Positions 7,357 to 16,438 of a stretch of DNA of 17,361 nucleotides are shown in pieces. Origin of the DNA: Pseudobacteriovorax sp. Its GTDB lineage: Bacteria; Bdellovibrionota_B; Oligoflexia; Oligoflexales; Oligoflexaceae. The translations under genes and the position numbers were made by a program. The first letter of the stretch is position 1. Every line of letters starts with the position of its first letter. The notes under the pieces are model-generated. The model ran no database searches and had not been told where the DNA came from. It saw nothing but the letters and a program-made list of their open reading frames with translations. The stretch spans positions 1 to 17,361 of the forward strand of contig JBNKNM010000111.1 in the NCBI GenBank assembly GCA_050293845.1, in the 5' to 3' direction.

Positions 7357-8129
7357 GGGGTTCTGAATCTTATCAGAAAATGGGTTAAGGCGGGCTCAGT
7401 AGAAAATAACACTTTTATCAAGAACGATTATGGAATACCGCAAGGCGGTCCGATTTCGGTTTTGATAAGTAATATCTACCTTCACTACGACCTTGACCTA
7501 TGGATGAATAAAAAAGTGAAGCCTAGGCTTCTTGGTGAAATTTACTATTTTCGTTACCTTGATGATTTTGTCGTTTGCTTTCAATATAAAGAGATGCGAA
7601 AAGAGTCCAGGCCGCACTTGTGCAACGGCCTGACAAGTTCAACCTATCTTTAGAAAAAGACAAAATTAAACTGGTGCGCTTTGGACGATTTTCTCTAGAG
7701 CAAAACAAAGAAAGGAGGCTGAGACAAGAGAGAATCTACTTTCTTGGCTTCACAATATTTGGTGATAGATCGTTGAATAGCGTTTCCCGTCTGGGATTTG
7801 TCACTGAACGGAGCCGAAGAAGAAGATGTAAAATAAAGATTAAGGAACTTACTCTAGCAAATCGTCATCTCTTGATACCCGGCCAACATCGGACATTAAA
7901 GATGACACTCAATGGGATATACAGCTACTACGCTATTGCGAGTAATCACGAATTTCTGGGGCGCTTGCATCATTATGCAAAGCTACGCTGGCGAATAGCG
8001 CTTTCCAAGAGGTCTCAAAATGGTAGGTATACTTGGGAAATGTTCAACAGAACCATGGAATACTTTCCACTACCGAGGCCCGGGTTGCTAATTCCCTACC
8101 TCAAGTTTGATGCTTTCGCTTTGCTGTGA
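7357..8129 (+). pseudogene. ltrA: Group II intron reverse transcriptase/maturase, truncated and frameshifted
   Basis: VLNLIRKWVKAG..GIPQGGPISVLISNIYLHYDLDLW..RYLDDFVVCFQYK, then a 1-nt deletion near 7588-7592. Continues DAKRVQAALVQRPDKFNLSLEKDKIKLVRFGRF..FLGFT and domain X (GIYSYYAI..N...WRIALSKRSQ..TWE.F..FPLPRP). No start codon (TAG at 7351) and no endonuclease domain. Confidence 0.92.
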
Positions 8130-8142
8130 ATGTTCATTCGGA

Positions 8143-8218
8143 GAGCCTATTGCTAGAAATTGGTACGATGGGTTCTGAGGGGAGGGAAACCGGCTGTGGT
8201 ATTTCCCTTACCCACCAT
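8143..8218 (+). ncRNA. Group II intron catalytic domain V and branch-point domain VI
   Basis: DV 8143-8175 reads GAGCCTATT-GCTAGAAATTGGT-AC-GATGGGTTC, with the AGC triad at 8144-8146 and an AC bulge at 8165-8166. DVI pairs GGGGAGGGAAA with TTTCCCTT-A-CCC, bulged A at 8210. The 3' splice site is at about 8215-8218. Confidence 0.9.
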
Positions 8219-8554
8219 AGTTTCTGAGTTGTTCAATTGTAGCATCTATGGTGATAAAGCATACTGCAACAGCGAATTACAAGAACAGTCTCTGGCAAAC
8301 CAATCTCTTTCAATACGAATCCCTATCAAGCTGTGTAGGAGCAAGAAACAGTTAACTTTCTTTGAAAAGCTGTATTCGACAGCGGTAAGCTCGATTCGTT
8401 ATCCAATAGAGTCTTTTTCAACTGTCTACAAGGAAAAACTAAGATTCATAAAGCAAGTAAAGTGCGATCATTTGCGGGGTTGAAGGTAAAATATTCGGCA
8501 GATTTGCCGCAGCAGTGATGATTCTGCGACTAGGTTAACTTTCAGTTGGCATTA
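8219..8554 (+). pseudogene. IS982-like DDE transposase C-terminal fragment with probable right end
   Basis: IYGDKAYCN...IPIK...KQLTFFEKLYSTAVSSIRYPIESF / frameshift at 8414-8418 / FNCLQGKTKIHKASKVRSFAGLKV / frameshift at about 8488-8491 / IFGRFAAAVMILRLG* (TAA 8536-8538). GDKAY and RxPIES supply the second D and the E of the DDE triad. Family assignment is from recalled motif similarity. Confidence 0.75.
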
Positions 8555-8869
8555 TCGATTTATATATAATGAAAACAATAATCCGTGCATAATAAAGAAC
8601 GGTAGATTTGAAGCCGTGACAGATTTTAATTTAGTGATTAACAGTACCTAAGTATTATTGAGTACGTAGTTTTATCATAGAGCCTAGATCGGGAAAGTTT
8701 AAAAATTTTGTAACAATACTAAGGGATACGAAAAATCGGAGCAAGGTTTGGCAACATTTCTAAACTGCAGCGTACCAAGGTACGTGAGGATTTCGTAAAA
8801 TTGGCATAACACTGTAAGCGATTAATTCTTGGGTTTCAGAAAGAGTTTGTACGGGATTGGTATTAAATC

Positions 8870-8901
8870 TTTACTGAAAAATTTTTACTGAATTTACTGA
8901 A
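8870..8901 (+). repeat. Three direct repeats TTTACTGAA upstream of the lipoprotein operon
   Basis: Copies at 8870-8878, 8884-8892 and 8893-8901; partial ATTAC(T) copies at 8905 and 8916; TATGAT at 8910-8915. Confidence 0.5.
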
Positions 8902-8961
8902 TGCATTACTATGATATTACACCATCGAAGCTGATTTCAAAGTTCTGAAGGATATTTAGAA

Positions 8962-9462
8962 ATGAAACAAAAAATTCTAAGGCAGTCCTTGGGTATCTTA
9001 GTACCCATAACTTGTGTACTAGCTCTCAGTGCTTGTGATAGTGAGGAAAAAAAAACCGAATCAGAAACACCAGCGGTAACCGCGAATTTTTCTAGTCTAT
9101 ATACCCATGTATTTTCTGGTTGTACTGCTGGTGGTAATTGCCATACGTCAACAACTAATCCAGAAAATGGTCCTGATTTTGCCACTACTGAGGCTTCAGC
9201 ATTTTATGATTTGATCGTTGGGATTGAGGCAAGCGCTTATGATTGGGATGTTGCATCAGGGTGTGAAAATGAATTGCTAATCAATCAATCCGATGCCAGC
9301 AGTTCCTTAATCGCTGGGGTTCTCATTGAATCCATCGCCAATGAATACCCAGAAGGTTGTGTGCCAAATTACTCAGCGCATGTTGATCTCTTTCGCGTGT
9401 TAGATGCTACTACAAGTGAGGCACTCATTACTTGGATCAACAATGGAGCAAGCAATAATTAG
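8962..9462 (+). CDS. Acidic lipoprotein, putative cytochrome c-like domain with atypical CX5CH motif
   Basis: Lipobox LSAC. NFSSLYTHVFSGCTAGGNCH, INQSDASSSLI and ALITWINNGA match the layout of planctomycete-type monoheme cytochrome c domains. Confidence 0.6.
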   Translation: MKQKILRQSLGILVPITCVLALSACDSEEKKTESETPAVTANFSSLYTHVFSGCTAGGNCHTSTTNPENGPDFATTEASAFYDLIVGIEASAYDWDVASGCENELLINQSDASSSLIAGVLIESIANEYPEGCVPNYSAHVDLFRVLDATTSEALITWINNGASNN

Positions 9463-9497
9463 TTTTTAGCGGATGAGATTGAATTAGGTATTCATTG

Positions 9498-12400
9498 ATG
9501 GCAGTACATCCTTCTATTCTAAGATGGTTTAAGCAACTAACTTTTGTAGTATTGACTGCTTTTTTGCTTGTATTTTTAGTCTTGTTTGCTGGAACGATTT
9601 ATATTGTTCAAAATCCTCATTTCCTGGATCACTACAAGTCAGATATTCAGGAAATTCTAGCTAAATTTTCTGTAGAATTAGACTATAAATCTTTCTTTTT
9701 TCAACCTTTACGTAAGATAGAAATTCGTGATTTAAATTTACACTGGGATAACGGTAAAGGCACTCAGTTAAGTCTACAGTCACCTTTGCTTAGGATTCAA
9801 TACCAGGGGCGTAAGCTACTGAATAAACATCTATTAATTGAGGAATTTTTATTTGAGCAAGTGAAAGTTTCTATTGCAATCGAACAACTGCCTGAACCGG
9901 CCCCACAAATAGAGGCCCCGGAAAAAGGACCGTTTTCATTAGAGCAATTAAAAGAAGTTTTAAGCAAACCACCAATCACTTTGGAAATCAAGAAGCTAAA
10001 AATAGACAGTTCCCGGATTCAAGTAAAATTAACTGATCCGAATCTTAAAGGTTTTATTAACTTTTCTCAATTCTCTTTGGATCAAACCTTTTACTGGGAT
10101 ACGCAAAAGCTTTTAGGAAATAGTCATGTCACTTTAAAGCACGCTGTCAATGAAAATATGAGCTTTTTGCTCGGTGAAAAAGAACAAATGCAAAGTATCA
10201 GCTTAAATCCAAATCTAGATCTAAAGCTAAACTTCGATGTTCAACCACAAACGGTTATCCGCGATGGAAAGCTGGATCTATCTGATTTACACGGGGAGTT
10301 GGAACAACAAATTAACCTTAATGATGTAGAATTTAGTGATAAATTATCAGGAATAAATCTCAATATTTCTGCATTATCTAATTATGTAAATATATCACCT
10401 AAAGCACAAATATTATATTTACGGCAAGCTCTCAAACTTAAGGAAATGGCATCTAGTATTCTTAGAAAAAAAATCCCAAACCTTTCAATGAATAGTCAAT
10501 TTCATTTTCCTCCTGACCTACAGAATTTGGAAGGGGATATCGATCTAAGTCTATCGGGATTTAAACTTTTCCATTGGTTGTTCGAACTCGAAAACGAAGC
10601 CCAAAGTTTGTTGCTTAAGCATAATATGGATTTAGATATTCATCTAGATCTAGCAAATTATTTAAAAGAAGCCAAAATTCTCGAACAGCTGGGAAGACTT
10701 CAGTTAAATATACAAGGTCAACATCAGCTAAGTCATATGTGGGATGATGGCTTTGCTATTAATTTTGAAAAGATTCAGGATCAAGAGGCTGCCAGTGATG
10801 TGTTGCTGACACTTAAACAAATTCCCTTAAGACAAAGAAAATTGCTTTTCCGCTTAGCTGGCCCCATGGTTTTGAAGTTAAATCATCATTATAAAAATCA
10901 ACTTTTAGAACAAAATATAGATATTAAGATAAATAAGTTTAAAATAAATCCTCTCAGACGACCAGTCAATCTTAGTATTATAGGAAAGCAAAAAGTTCCT
11001 CTAAACCTTTCCTACGCGGATAATGTTCTAGATTTATTTGTCAATCGAGAAAAAGTTTTTTGGATTTCTCAAAGAATAGAGAACTTCGATCAATTGTTTT
11101 TCCTAGATCAAAAGGTGTCCTTAGAACTTGATCCAGATATGGAAAGATATCTAAAGGAATTAAAACCACTTCAGCAAATGGGGAGAAACCGTATAGTTAG
11201 TCTTCTTAAGCTAAAACTCAAGCATGATCATAAAAGCCTTCTAGAAAAAGATAGTTTAAAGCTACATAAAAATCATGTGACTATTGATCATAAACTTGCC
11301 TTAAGTCAAAAGCGTCCTCCAGATAAAAAATATCCTTTAGGAATTCGTTTCTTAAAACCGATTGAGATCATAACAAAAGCAACTTTACTAGATAATCAGG
11401 CTAATCTGGATATACTTGGTAAGATACCGCATTTATCCATCAATTCTATAGCTAGAACCAAAAATTTTAGTTTTAAAATAAAAACAAAACCCTTTACTAA
11501 GTTGTTTTCAAAAGACAATCAACTAAATATTCCTCAATCGGGACAAGCTAGAATACAGCTCAGAAATGATGCCGTATATTTAACAAAAAAATTCGAATCT
11601 TTTCAGGAAAACTTGAAGGATATATCGCTCTCTTTTTTAGCTAGAATACAAAATAATAATAGAGTCTCTATTAGAGATTTTTTATTAAAAGTCGGTCCTA
11701 AGTTTATGATATTTCAACTAGAGAGTGAGGCCAATATTAAACCTATGCGGTTTAAGGCTGAGGGGCAAATTGATATGAAAATGCCTGTCTCCAAACTACA
11801 AAATTATCCCCTAAAATCACAAGGTTCATTAAAACTTCCCTTTGAATTCTTTTTTGATGAAAGCAAACAGTTAGCCCTGAAAAGCTCTCTTAATTTTCAA
11901 AATATTAGCCTAATGAATCCTGATTTTGTCCTAAAAAATTTGAATGGGACCGTCAAAATTGAAGAACTTGTAAAGCTTGAATCAGATAATAAATTTCATT
12001 TTACGAATCTAATCTCGAAAAATCCATTTCAAAGAGTAGATTTCAATGCTATTCGACCTTACTTGTTAGAAAATTCTAATGTAAATTTTCGATCCTTTCG
12101 TTGGCGAAATTTTGAACTTGGTCCATTTCTTGGGCAAATGAGCTTAGAGCAAAATTTGCTAAACCTGCCTTATTTTTCTTTAGGTATGTTTGGGGGAGAT
12201 TTAATTGGCGAACTGCTAGTCGATACTTATCCAAACCACTTAAAAATAGGTATCTTAGCCAGATTTACTAATATAGACCCGGCAAAAATGGTAACAGTGG
12301 GAAAAGCAGCACAGCAAAAATATGAAGCAAGCAAAATCAGTGGGAGCGTAAATTTCGTTTTTGATATTCGTAAAAGATTACTAGAAGGAAGGCTCAGTAT

Positions 12401-12701
12401 TACTGAAATTGGTAGTCAGCAATTACTGCGTTTAATTGATGTTTTAGATCCAGATTTCGAAGATGAAGATTTAAATAGTTTACGACAATTGTTATCAATT
12501 GGCTACCCAGAAAGAGTCATAGTCAAGATGCAAGAGGGTTTGATGGATATCGGAGTGGATGTAATTGTAGCGGGAGTGAGTAAGCATCAAGATATTTTTG
12601 CGGTGCCTCTCTCCCCTATGATAGAAAGTAATGTAGGTGAACTAATAGCCAAAATTCTTGAAGAGTATGCAAAGGTTTATCCTATTCCAAGTAAAAAGTG
12701 A
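9498..12701 (+). CDS. AsmA-like / YdbH-like intermembrane lipid-bridge protein
   Basis: About 1067 aa with a single N-terminal TM anchor. Chorein-N/AsmA-like start (IEIRDLNL..LRIQY...LLNKHLLIEEFLFEQVKV), beta-strand-rich throughout, C-terminal FSLGMFGGDLIGEL..ISGSVNF. Followed by a small lipoprotein. ATG 9498 preferred over TTG 9495. Confidence 0.7.
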   Translation: MAVHPSILRWFKQLTFVVLTAFLLVFLVLFAGTIYIVQNPHFLDHYKSDIQEILAKFSVELDYKSFFFQPLRKIEIRDLNLHWDNGKGTQLSLQSPLLRIQYQGRKLLNKHLLIEEFLFEQVKVSIAIEQLPEPAPQIEAPEKGPFSLEQLKEVLSKPPITLEIKKLKIDSSRIQVKLTDPNLKGFINFSQFSLDQTFYWDTQKLLGNSHVTLKHAVNENMSFLLGEKEQMQSISLNPNLDLKLNFDVQPQTVIRDGKLDLSDLHGELEQQINLNDVEFSDKLSGINLNISALSNYVNISPKAQILYLRQALKLKEMASSILRKKIPNLSMNSQFHFPPDLQNLEGDIDLSLSGFKLFHWLFELENEAQSLLLKHNMDLDIHLDLANYLKEAKILEQLGRLQLNIQGQHQLSHMWDDGFAINFEKIQDQEAASDVLLTLKQIPLRQRKLLFRLAGPMVLKLNHHYKNQLLEQNIDIKINKFKINPLRRPVNLSIIGKQKVPLNLSYADNVLDLFVNREKVFWISQRIENFDQLFFLDQKVSLELDPDMERYLKELKPLQQMGRNRIVSLLKLKLKHDHKSLLEKDSLKLHKNHVTIDHKLALSQKRPPDKKYPLGIRFLKPIEIITKATLLDNQANLDILGKIPHLSINSIARTKNFSFKIKTKPFTKLFSKDNQLNIPQSGQARIQLRNDAVYLTKKFESFQENLKDISLSFLARIQNNNRVSIRDFLLKVGPKFMIFQLESEANIKPMRFKAEGQIDMKMPVSKLQNYPLKSQGSLKLPFEFFFDESKQLALKSSLNFQNISLMNPDFVLKNLNGTVKIEELVKLESDNKFHFTNLISKNPFQRVDFNAIRPYLLENSNVNFRSFRWRNFELGPFLGQMSLEQNLLNLPYFSLGMFGGDLIGELLVDTYPNHLKIGILARFTNIDPAKMVTVGKAAQQKYEASKISGSVNFVFDIRKRLLEGRLSITEIGSQQLLRLIDVLDPDFEDEDLNSLRQLLSIGYPERVIVKMQEGLMDIGVDVIVAGVSKHQDIFAVPLSPMIESNVGELIAKILEEYAKVYPIPSKK

Positions 12702-12708
12702 GGACAAT

Positions 12709-12951
12709 ATGATGAAATGCTTACTAGTTCTACTATTATTAAGCGTATCTAGTTGTGCAAGTGTTGAAATTTATCAAGTGAGTCGGCAGACAGTCATGGA
12801 GGAGGAGGCTATGGGCGAATGGCCAGACTTTGAAAAATTATTTCAAAGTAAAAAATTATCAACGGGTCCCCAATTCCTACCGGAAACTAAGAATACTAAA
12901 AAAATACAACGATTGATGAACGTATTGCCTGGTGAGTTCGTGAACCGATAG
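12709..12951 (+). CDS. Small lipoprotein, YnbE-like (positional/structural analogy)
   Basis: Start moved to ATG 12709 (or 12712) after GAGGA. Signal MMKCLLVLLLLSVSS-C, followed by a single beta strand (SVEIYQV) and a helix. Directly downstream of the YdbH-like gene. Confidence 0.6.
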   Translation: MMKCLLVLLLLSVSSCASVEIYQVSRQTVMEEEAMGEWPDFEKLFQSKKLSTGPQFLPETKNTKKIQRLMNVLPGEFVNR

Positions 12952-12961
12952 GAGAGTCGGC

Positions 12962-15900
12962 ATGCAATGGTATCTATTCACCCTTAGTGTAGCATTTTTT
13001 CTATTTTTAAACTTACAAACTACCTTAATAGCAGGAGTGAGTGGGCATTTTGATCATATCAAATTGCCTGAAAAAATTTCTGTAGGACCTGATGATAGTT
13101 ATCAGGCAAAGGTTAAAGGAGAGCATCTTTATTATACTAAAAATATCCGGTTATCTAGCCAAATATTTAAACAATCTCTCCTTGATGGTAAATATCAGGC
13201 TTTGTTGGATGGAAAGTCCGATGCAAAAAGTCCTAGCCCGCAACCTAATGGCGAGAAAATTCTTTTCACTTACTTTAAATATGATGCCAAAGGTGATATT
13301 TGTCTCTTAGAAGATAAAGAAGTCCGCTGTATCACGGACAATAAAACAGAAAATCGGTCACCTACCTGGTTGAATTCAGATACACTAGCCTATTTAAGTC
13401 GTAAGACAAATAGTTCTTTTTGGAATCTTATCAGCTATAATATCAAGTCTGGACAAAAAAAGTCGATTCTTACTGCAAATATTGCATCTCTTGCATCCGA
13501 TCGCCAGGGGAAGTTTTTGGCTTTCACGCAGATCAGCAACAATCAACACTCTTTAATGGTGTTCGATCAAAAAGCAAACAAAAGTTTTCCAGTAGAGTTA
13601 AATCTCCCGGGACTCAGTGGATTCAGTAGTTTTTCACCTAATGGGAAATACCTCTATTTCAGTCATTATTTAAACGACACGAATGCAGATAATATTATCG
13701 ATGGTAACGATCATAGTGTTATTTTTCGTCTTCCACTTCAAAAAATATTGAATGCCTCCAAAGGAAAACAATTACCAGAACAAATGACGTCTGTAGAGCA
13801 AAATTGTAATTTTCCTTATGTTAACGATAAATATGTTTATCTAACCTGTGCATTTCAAGGTGCTTTGGATCTATATCGCATCCCATTTACTGGCGTGGTG
13901 CCAAAACAGTGGTCTCAATCCCAACTGTTAGAAGCACATCAAGTTGCAAGAACAGCTGAGGAACGATTATTAATTTTAAATAGTCTGCGCTACCGATTCA
14001 ATAAAAAAACTAGCGGTACTATGTTAGAAAAAATTCTCTTTCATCACTTGCAGCTCAATGAGATGACGGCTGCTAGGTACTATATCAATGAACTAATTCA
14101 AGCAGAACACTACCCAGATTTTTTTCAAACTCTCAAAATTTATGTTGATATTCGTGAAGCTAAAAACCGCGAAAAATCCTCTCTTTTATCCCAAAAATTT
14201 AAAGCAGATGCATTGCAGAAAATTCGTCAGCTTCCAAGTAATAAAAAATGGCACAATCTCACATTAATCATTCGGGCTTATATTTATGAATCGCTAAACA
14301 TGAAACAAAAAGCAAAGCAAGCTATTAGGGGCGTTCCTATATTTGATAGTAATGTCTTGCCTTTAGAAAGTTACCTGTGTTTCGAATTATATAAAAAATT
14401 ATTTGATCCCAAAAAGGAATTGAATAGGTTTATTGAACTCTATCGTTCTATGATTGACGCAAATAAGATTGCTCTAGAATCGAAGGTTTTTTTGGCATTT
14501 TATTTTCTTAAGCATGTAGAGCAGCTTCATTCATCATTATTGAATAAAATTTCTATTGTCAATAAATTCAAATCACAAATAAAAGTTCGAACATTAGATG
14601 ATTTATTTGATAGTGAAACGATTAACTATAAAATGATTGCTGATAATGATAATAAAAGCCAAAAAGATAATTTTACAAAACTAAAGAAGATCTATGCTAA
14701 GACAAAAGATCAATATTTCCTGCGTAAAGCAATTTATATACGATCTTTGAGTTTATTTTCGCAAGCAAATCTTGATACCTATTTAGAACGTGTGGCAAGT
14801 TACTGGCTGCGATATACGAAATTGTCTCATGCTGAGTTTATTTATGCTGCGGATCAGTTTAATTATGTCACCCTTGAAAAGGCCTATGCTAACTATCAAA
14901 ATAAAAAGTACGATTTATCATCGAGTTCCTTTTTTATGGCAATGAATCAAACCAATGATCTTGAAGCTCACTATGGATATTTGGCTGTTGTTATTTTAAA
15001 ACAAGGTAATTATGACAAATATGAGCAAGCATATAAGATCTTGAATAAAAATGGCAAGCTATCGACTGCTAAACCCATTGTTGAAGCTATGCTCGCAACA
15101 CAAAAGTTAGATGGGTCTAGCCAAAAAAAAATGGAACAATTGGATCAGTTGATTCAATCATTAGAAGCGGCTGTTACGGAACCATTTAATGAAAGCCTTC
15201 GCTATCTGCTCTTGGCTTTCTGCTACCATGAAAAATTACGAATGAGTTTTGAAATCTACGACTATGAAAGTACCTTTTTTGAGAAAGCTCATCGATATTA
15301 TATTTTGGCGGAGTATCTCGCTCAAGATAACGAAAGAATTCTAGCGAGTGTTTGGGAAAATTTGGGAATTTTGCATTATGAAGTCCAGAATCATTCCATT
15401 TCTTCAGCTTACTTCGAAAAAAGGGAACTGCTTGGCTTTGCAGAGATAACAGACGAAGTTACATTTAGGCTTTCTTATGCCCGATCTCTTTTTAACAGCC
15501 ACCAAGCAAGGGGTGCCCAGCAACAAATCCAAAAAGCAATGGGGCATAAATCCTTCTTAAACCAAAAACAGCAACAAATTCTTACCGAGAGAAGAGCCTT
15601 TTATGCTTTGCATAGTAATGATTATGCTGTAGCAGTTGAAGCTTATGCATCTTTAATAAAAATGCCCCACATTTCGGCACTCAATCAAGCGCGCTTTAAC
15701 CTAGCATTGGGATTTGCACAGAAAAAACTCTCTCACAAGCAAGCAGCAAAAAATTCTCTGCTCAAGGTTCTAAAATTTAGTAAAAAAATTCCGATCATTC
15801 GGCCCCAAGGAGGACGCTTACTGGGGCAATTTCCCCAAAGATTTCAATTGATTGCACTAGGTCTCCTAGCAGAGCTATCAGATGGTGATGAGGACATTCG

Positions 15901-16438
15901 ATACCGACGTAACCGGATAACGGAATTAATAACCTTAGAGGGACAAGTGGATGATTTTCGTATGAAAGAGTCTGATCGCTTAGCGCAGATTAATCTTGCC
16001 TATCAGCAGATTGCAGCGAACTATTTTTCCCATGGTCAATTATCAGAAAGTTTTAAGCATATGGATTTAGCTTGGCAATATGCAAAAAAATGGTACAAAA
16101 ATGGCGGTAGCCTATATGGTGAAACACTATATAAGAGTATGAGTAATAGCATGTTATTGGCGATTAAAACTCATGGCCATTACAAAGTGGATGAATCTGA
16201 TTTCCAAGAAATTATCAGTGAAGCGAAAGAAGAATTTTCTAAGCTTAAAAATGTTAGTGCTTTTCAGCTGTATAAACAGAAAAAAATGGAATTGTTTTGG
16301 GTTAGTTATCTTAATATTCAATCTCCTAAAAAATCGATGATTCTAGAAAATTTTATGAAAACTGCTGATATGAAACGTTTGGAAAGTGAACTACCTAAAA
16401 AATTTAGAGAGCTTCACTCTTTATCGATGAAATTCTAA
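12962..16438 (+). CDS. Large exported protein: TolB-like (PD40) beta-propeller plus long TPR/alpha-solenoid
   Basis: Signal peptide; PD40-like blades (SPSPQPNGEKILFT, SPTWLNSDTLAY, SDRQGKFLAF, SFSPNGKYLYF). Ca-loop-like DTNADNIIDGND. TPR-like helices (ENLGILHYEVQNHSISSAYFEK, NLALGFAQKKL). SD GGAG. Confidence 0.8.
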   Translation: MQWYLFTLSVAFFLFLNLQTTLIAGVSGHFDHIKLPEKISVGPDDSYQAKVKGEHLYYTKNIRLSSQIFKQSLLDGKYQALLDGKSDAKSPSPQPNGEKILFTYFKYDAKGDICLLEDKEVRCITDNKTENRSPTWLNSDTLAYLSRKTNSSFWNLISYNIKSGQKKSILTANIASLASDRQGKFLAFTQISNNQHSLMVFDQKANKSFPVELNLPGLSGFSSFSPNGKYLYFSHYLNDTNADNIIDGNDHSVIFRLPLQKILNASKGKQLPEQMTSVEQNCNFPYVNDKYVYLTCAFQGALDLYRIPFTGVVPKQWSQSQLLEAHQVARTAEERLLILNSLRYRFNKKTSGTMLEKILFHHLQLNEMTAARYYINELIQAEHYPDFFQTLKIYVDIREAKNREKSSLLSQKFKADALQKIRQLPSNKKWHNLTLIIRAYIYESLNMKQKAKQAIRGVPIFDSNVLPLESYLCFELYKKLFDPKKELNRFIELYRSMIDANKIALESKVFLAFYFLKHVEQLHSSLLNKISIVNKFKSQIKVRTLDDLFDSETINYKMIADNDNKSQKDNFTKLKKIYAKTKDQYFLRKAIYIRSLSLFSQANLDTYLERVASYWLRYTKLSHAEFIYAADQFNYVTLEKAYANYQNKKYDLSSSSFFMAMNQTNDLEAHYGYLAVVILKQGNYDKYEQAYKILNKNGKLSTAKPIVEAMLATQKLDGSSQKKMEQLDQLIQSLEAAVTEPFNESLRYLLLAFCYHEKLRMSFEIYDYESTFFEKAHRYYILAEYLAQDNERILASVWENLGILHYEVQNHSISSAYFEKRELLGFAEITDEVTFRLSYARSLFNSHQARGAQQQIQKAMGHKSFLNQKQQQILTERRAFYALHSNDYAVAVEAYASLIKMPHISALNQARFNLALGFAQKKLSHKQAAKNSLLKVLKFSKKIPIIRPQGGRLLGQFPQRFQLIALGLLAELSDGDEDIRYRRNRITELITLEGQVDDFRMKESDRLAQINLAYQQIAANYFSHGQLSESFKHMDLAWQYAKKWYKNGGSLYGETLYKSMSNSMLLAIKTHGHYKVDESDFQEIISEAKEEFSKLKNVSAFQLYKQKKMELFWVSYLNIQSPKKSMILENFMKTADMKRLESELPKKFRELHSLSMKF

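Larger units (their letters stand above)
7357..8218 (+). mobile_element. Group II intron remnant (5'-truncated or internally deleted)
   Basis: Partial RT/maturase coding region followed by recognisable ribozyme domains V and VI. RT subdomains 0-2 and most of domains I-III are absent. Confidence 0.9.

Noticed and set aside
7588..7593. Programmed frameshift rescuing the RT
   Set aside because: No canonical slippery heptamer, and the RT also lacks its N-terminal subdomains and a start, so decay is the simpler explanation.
3680..7708. Nested ORFs 3680..4012, 4159..4344, 4175..4363, 5134..5322, 6993..7307, 7523..7708
   Set aside because: Alternative-frame shadows of stronger genes. 6993..7307 cannot be reached by G10 slippage because TAG at 6939 intervenes.
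7357..8129. RT as part of a DGR, retron or defence RT acting on the two similar barrel genes
   Set aside because: PQGGPIS, domain X and DV/DVI identify a group II intron. The barrel paralogs are too diverged and show no adenine-specific TR/VR pattern.
8160..8483. 107-aa ORF as a real gene
   Set aside because: The N-terminus is intron DV/DVI RNA; the remainder is a frameshifted transposase fragment.
12658..12708. TTG start at 12658 for the small lipoprotein
   Set aside because: It overlaps the upstream gene; the SD and signal peptide fit ATG 12709/12712.
8937..13310. Nested ORFs 8937..9185(-), 9797..9991(-), 13092..13310(+)
   Set aside because: Short, overlapping longer genes, with no motifs.
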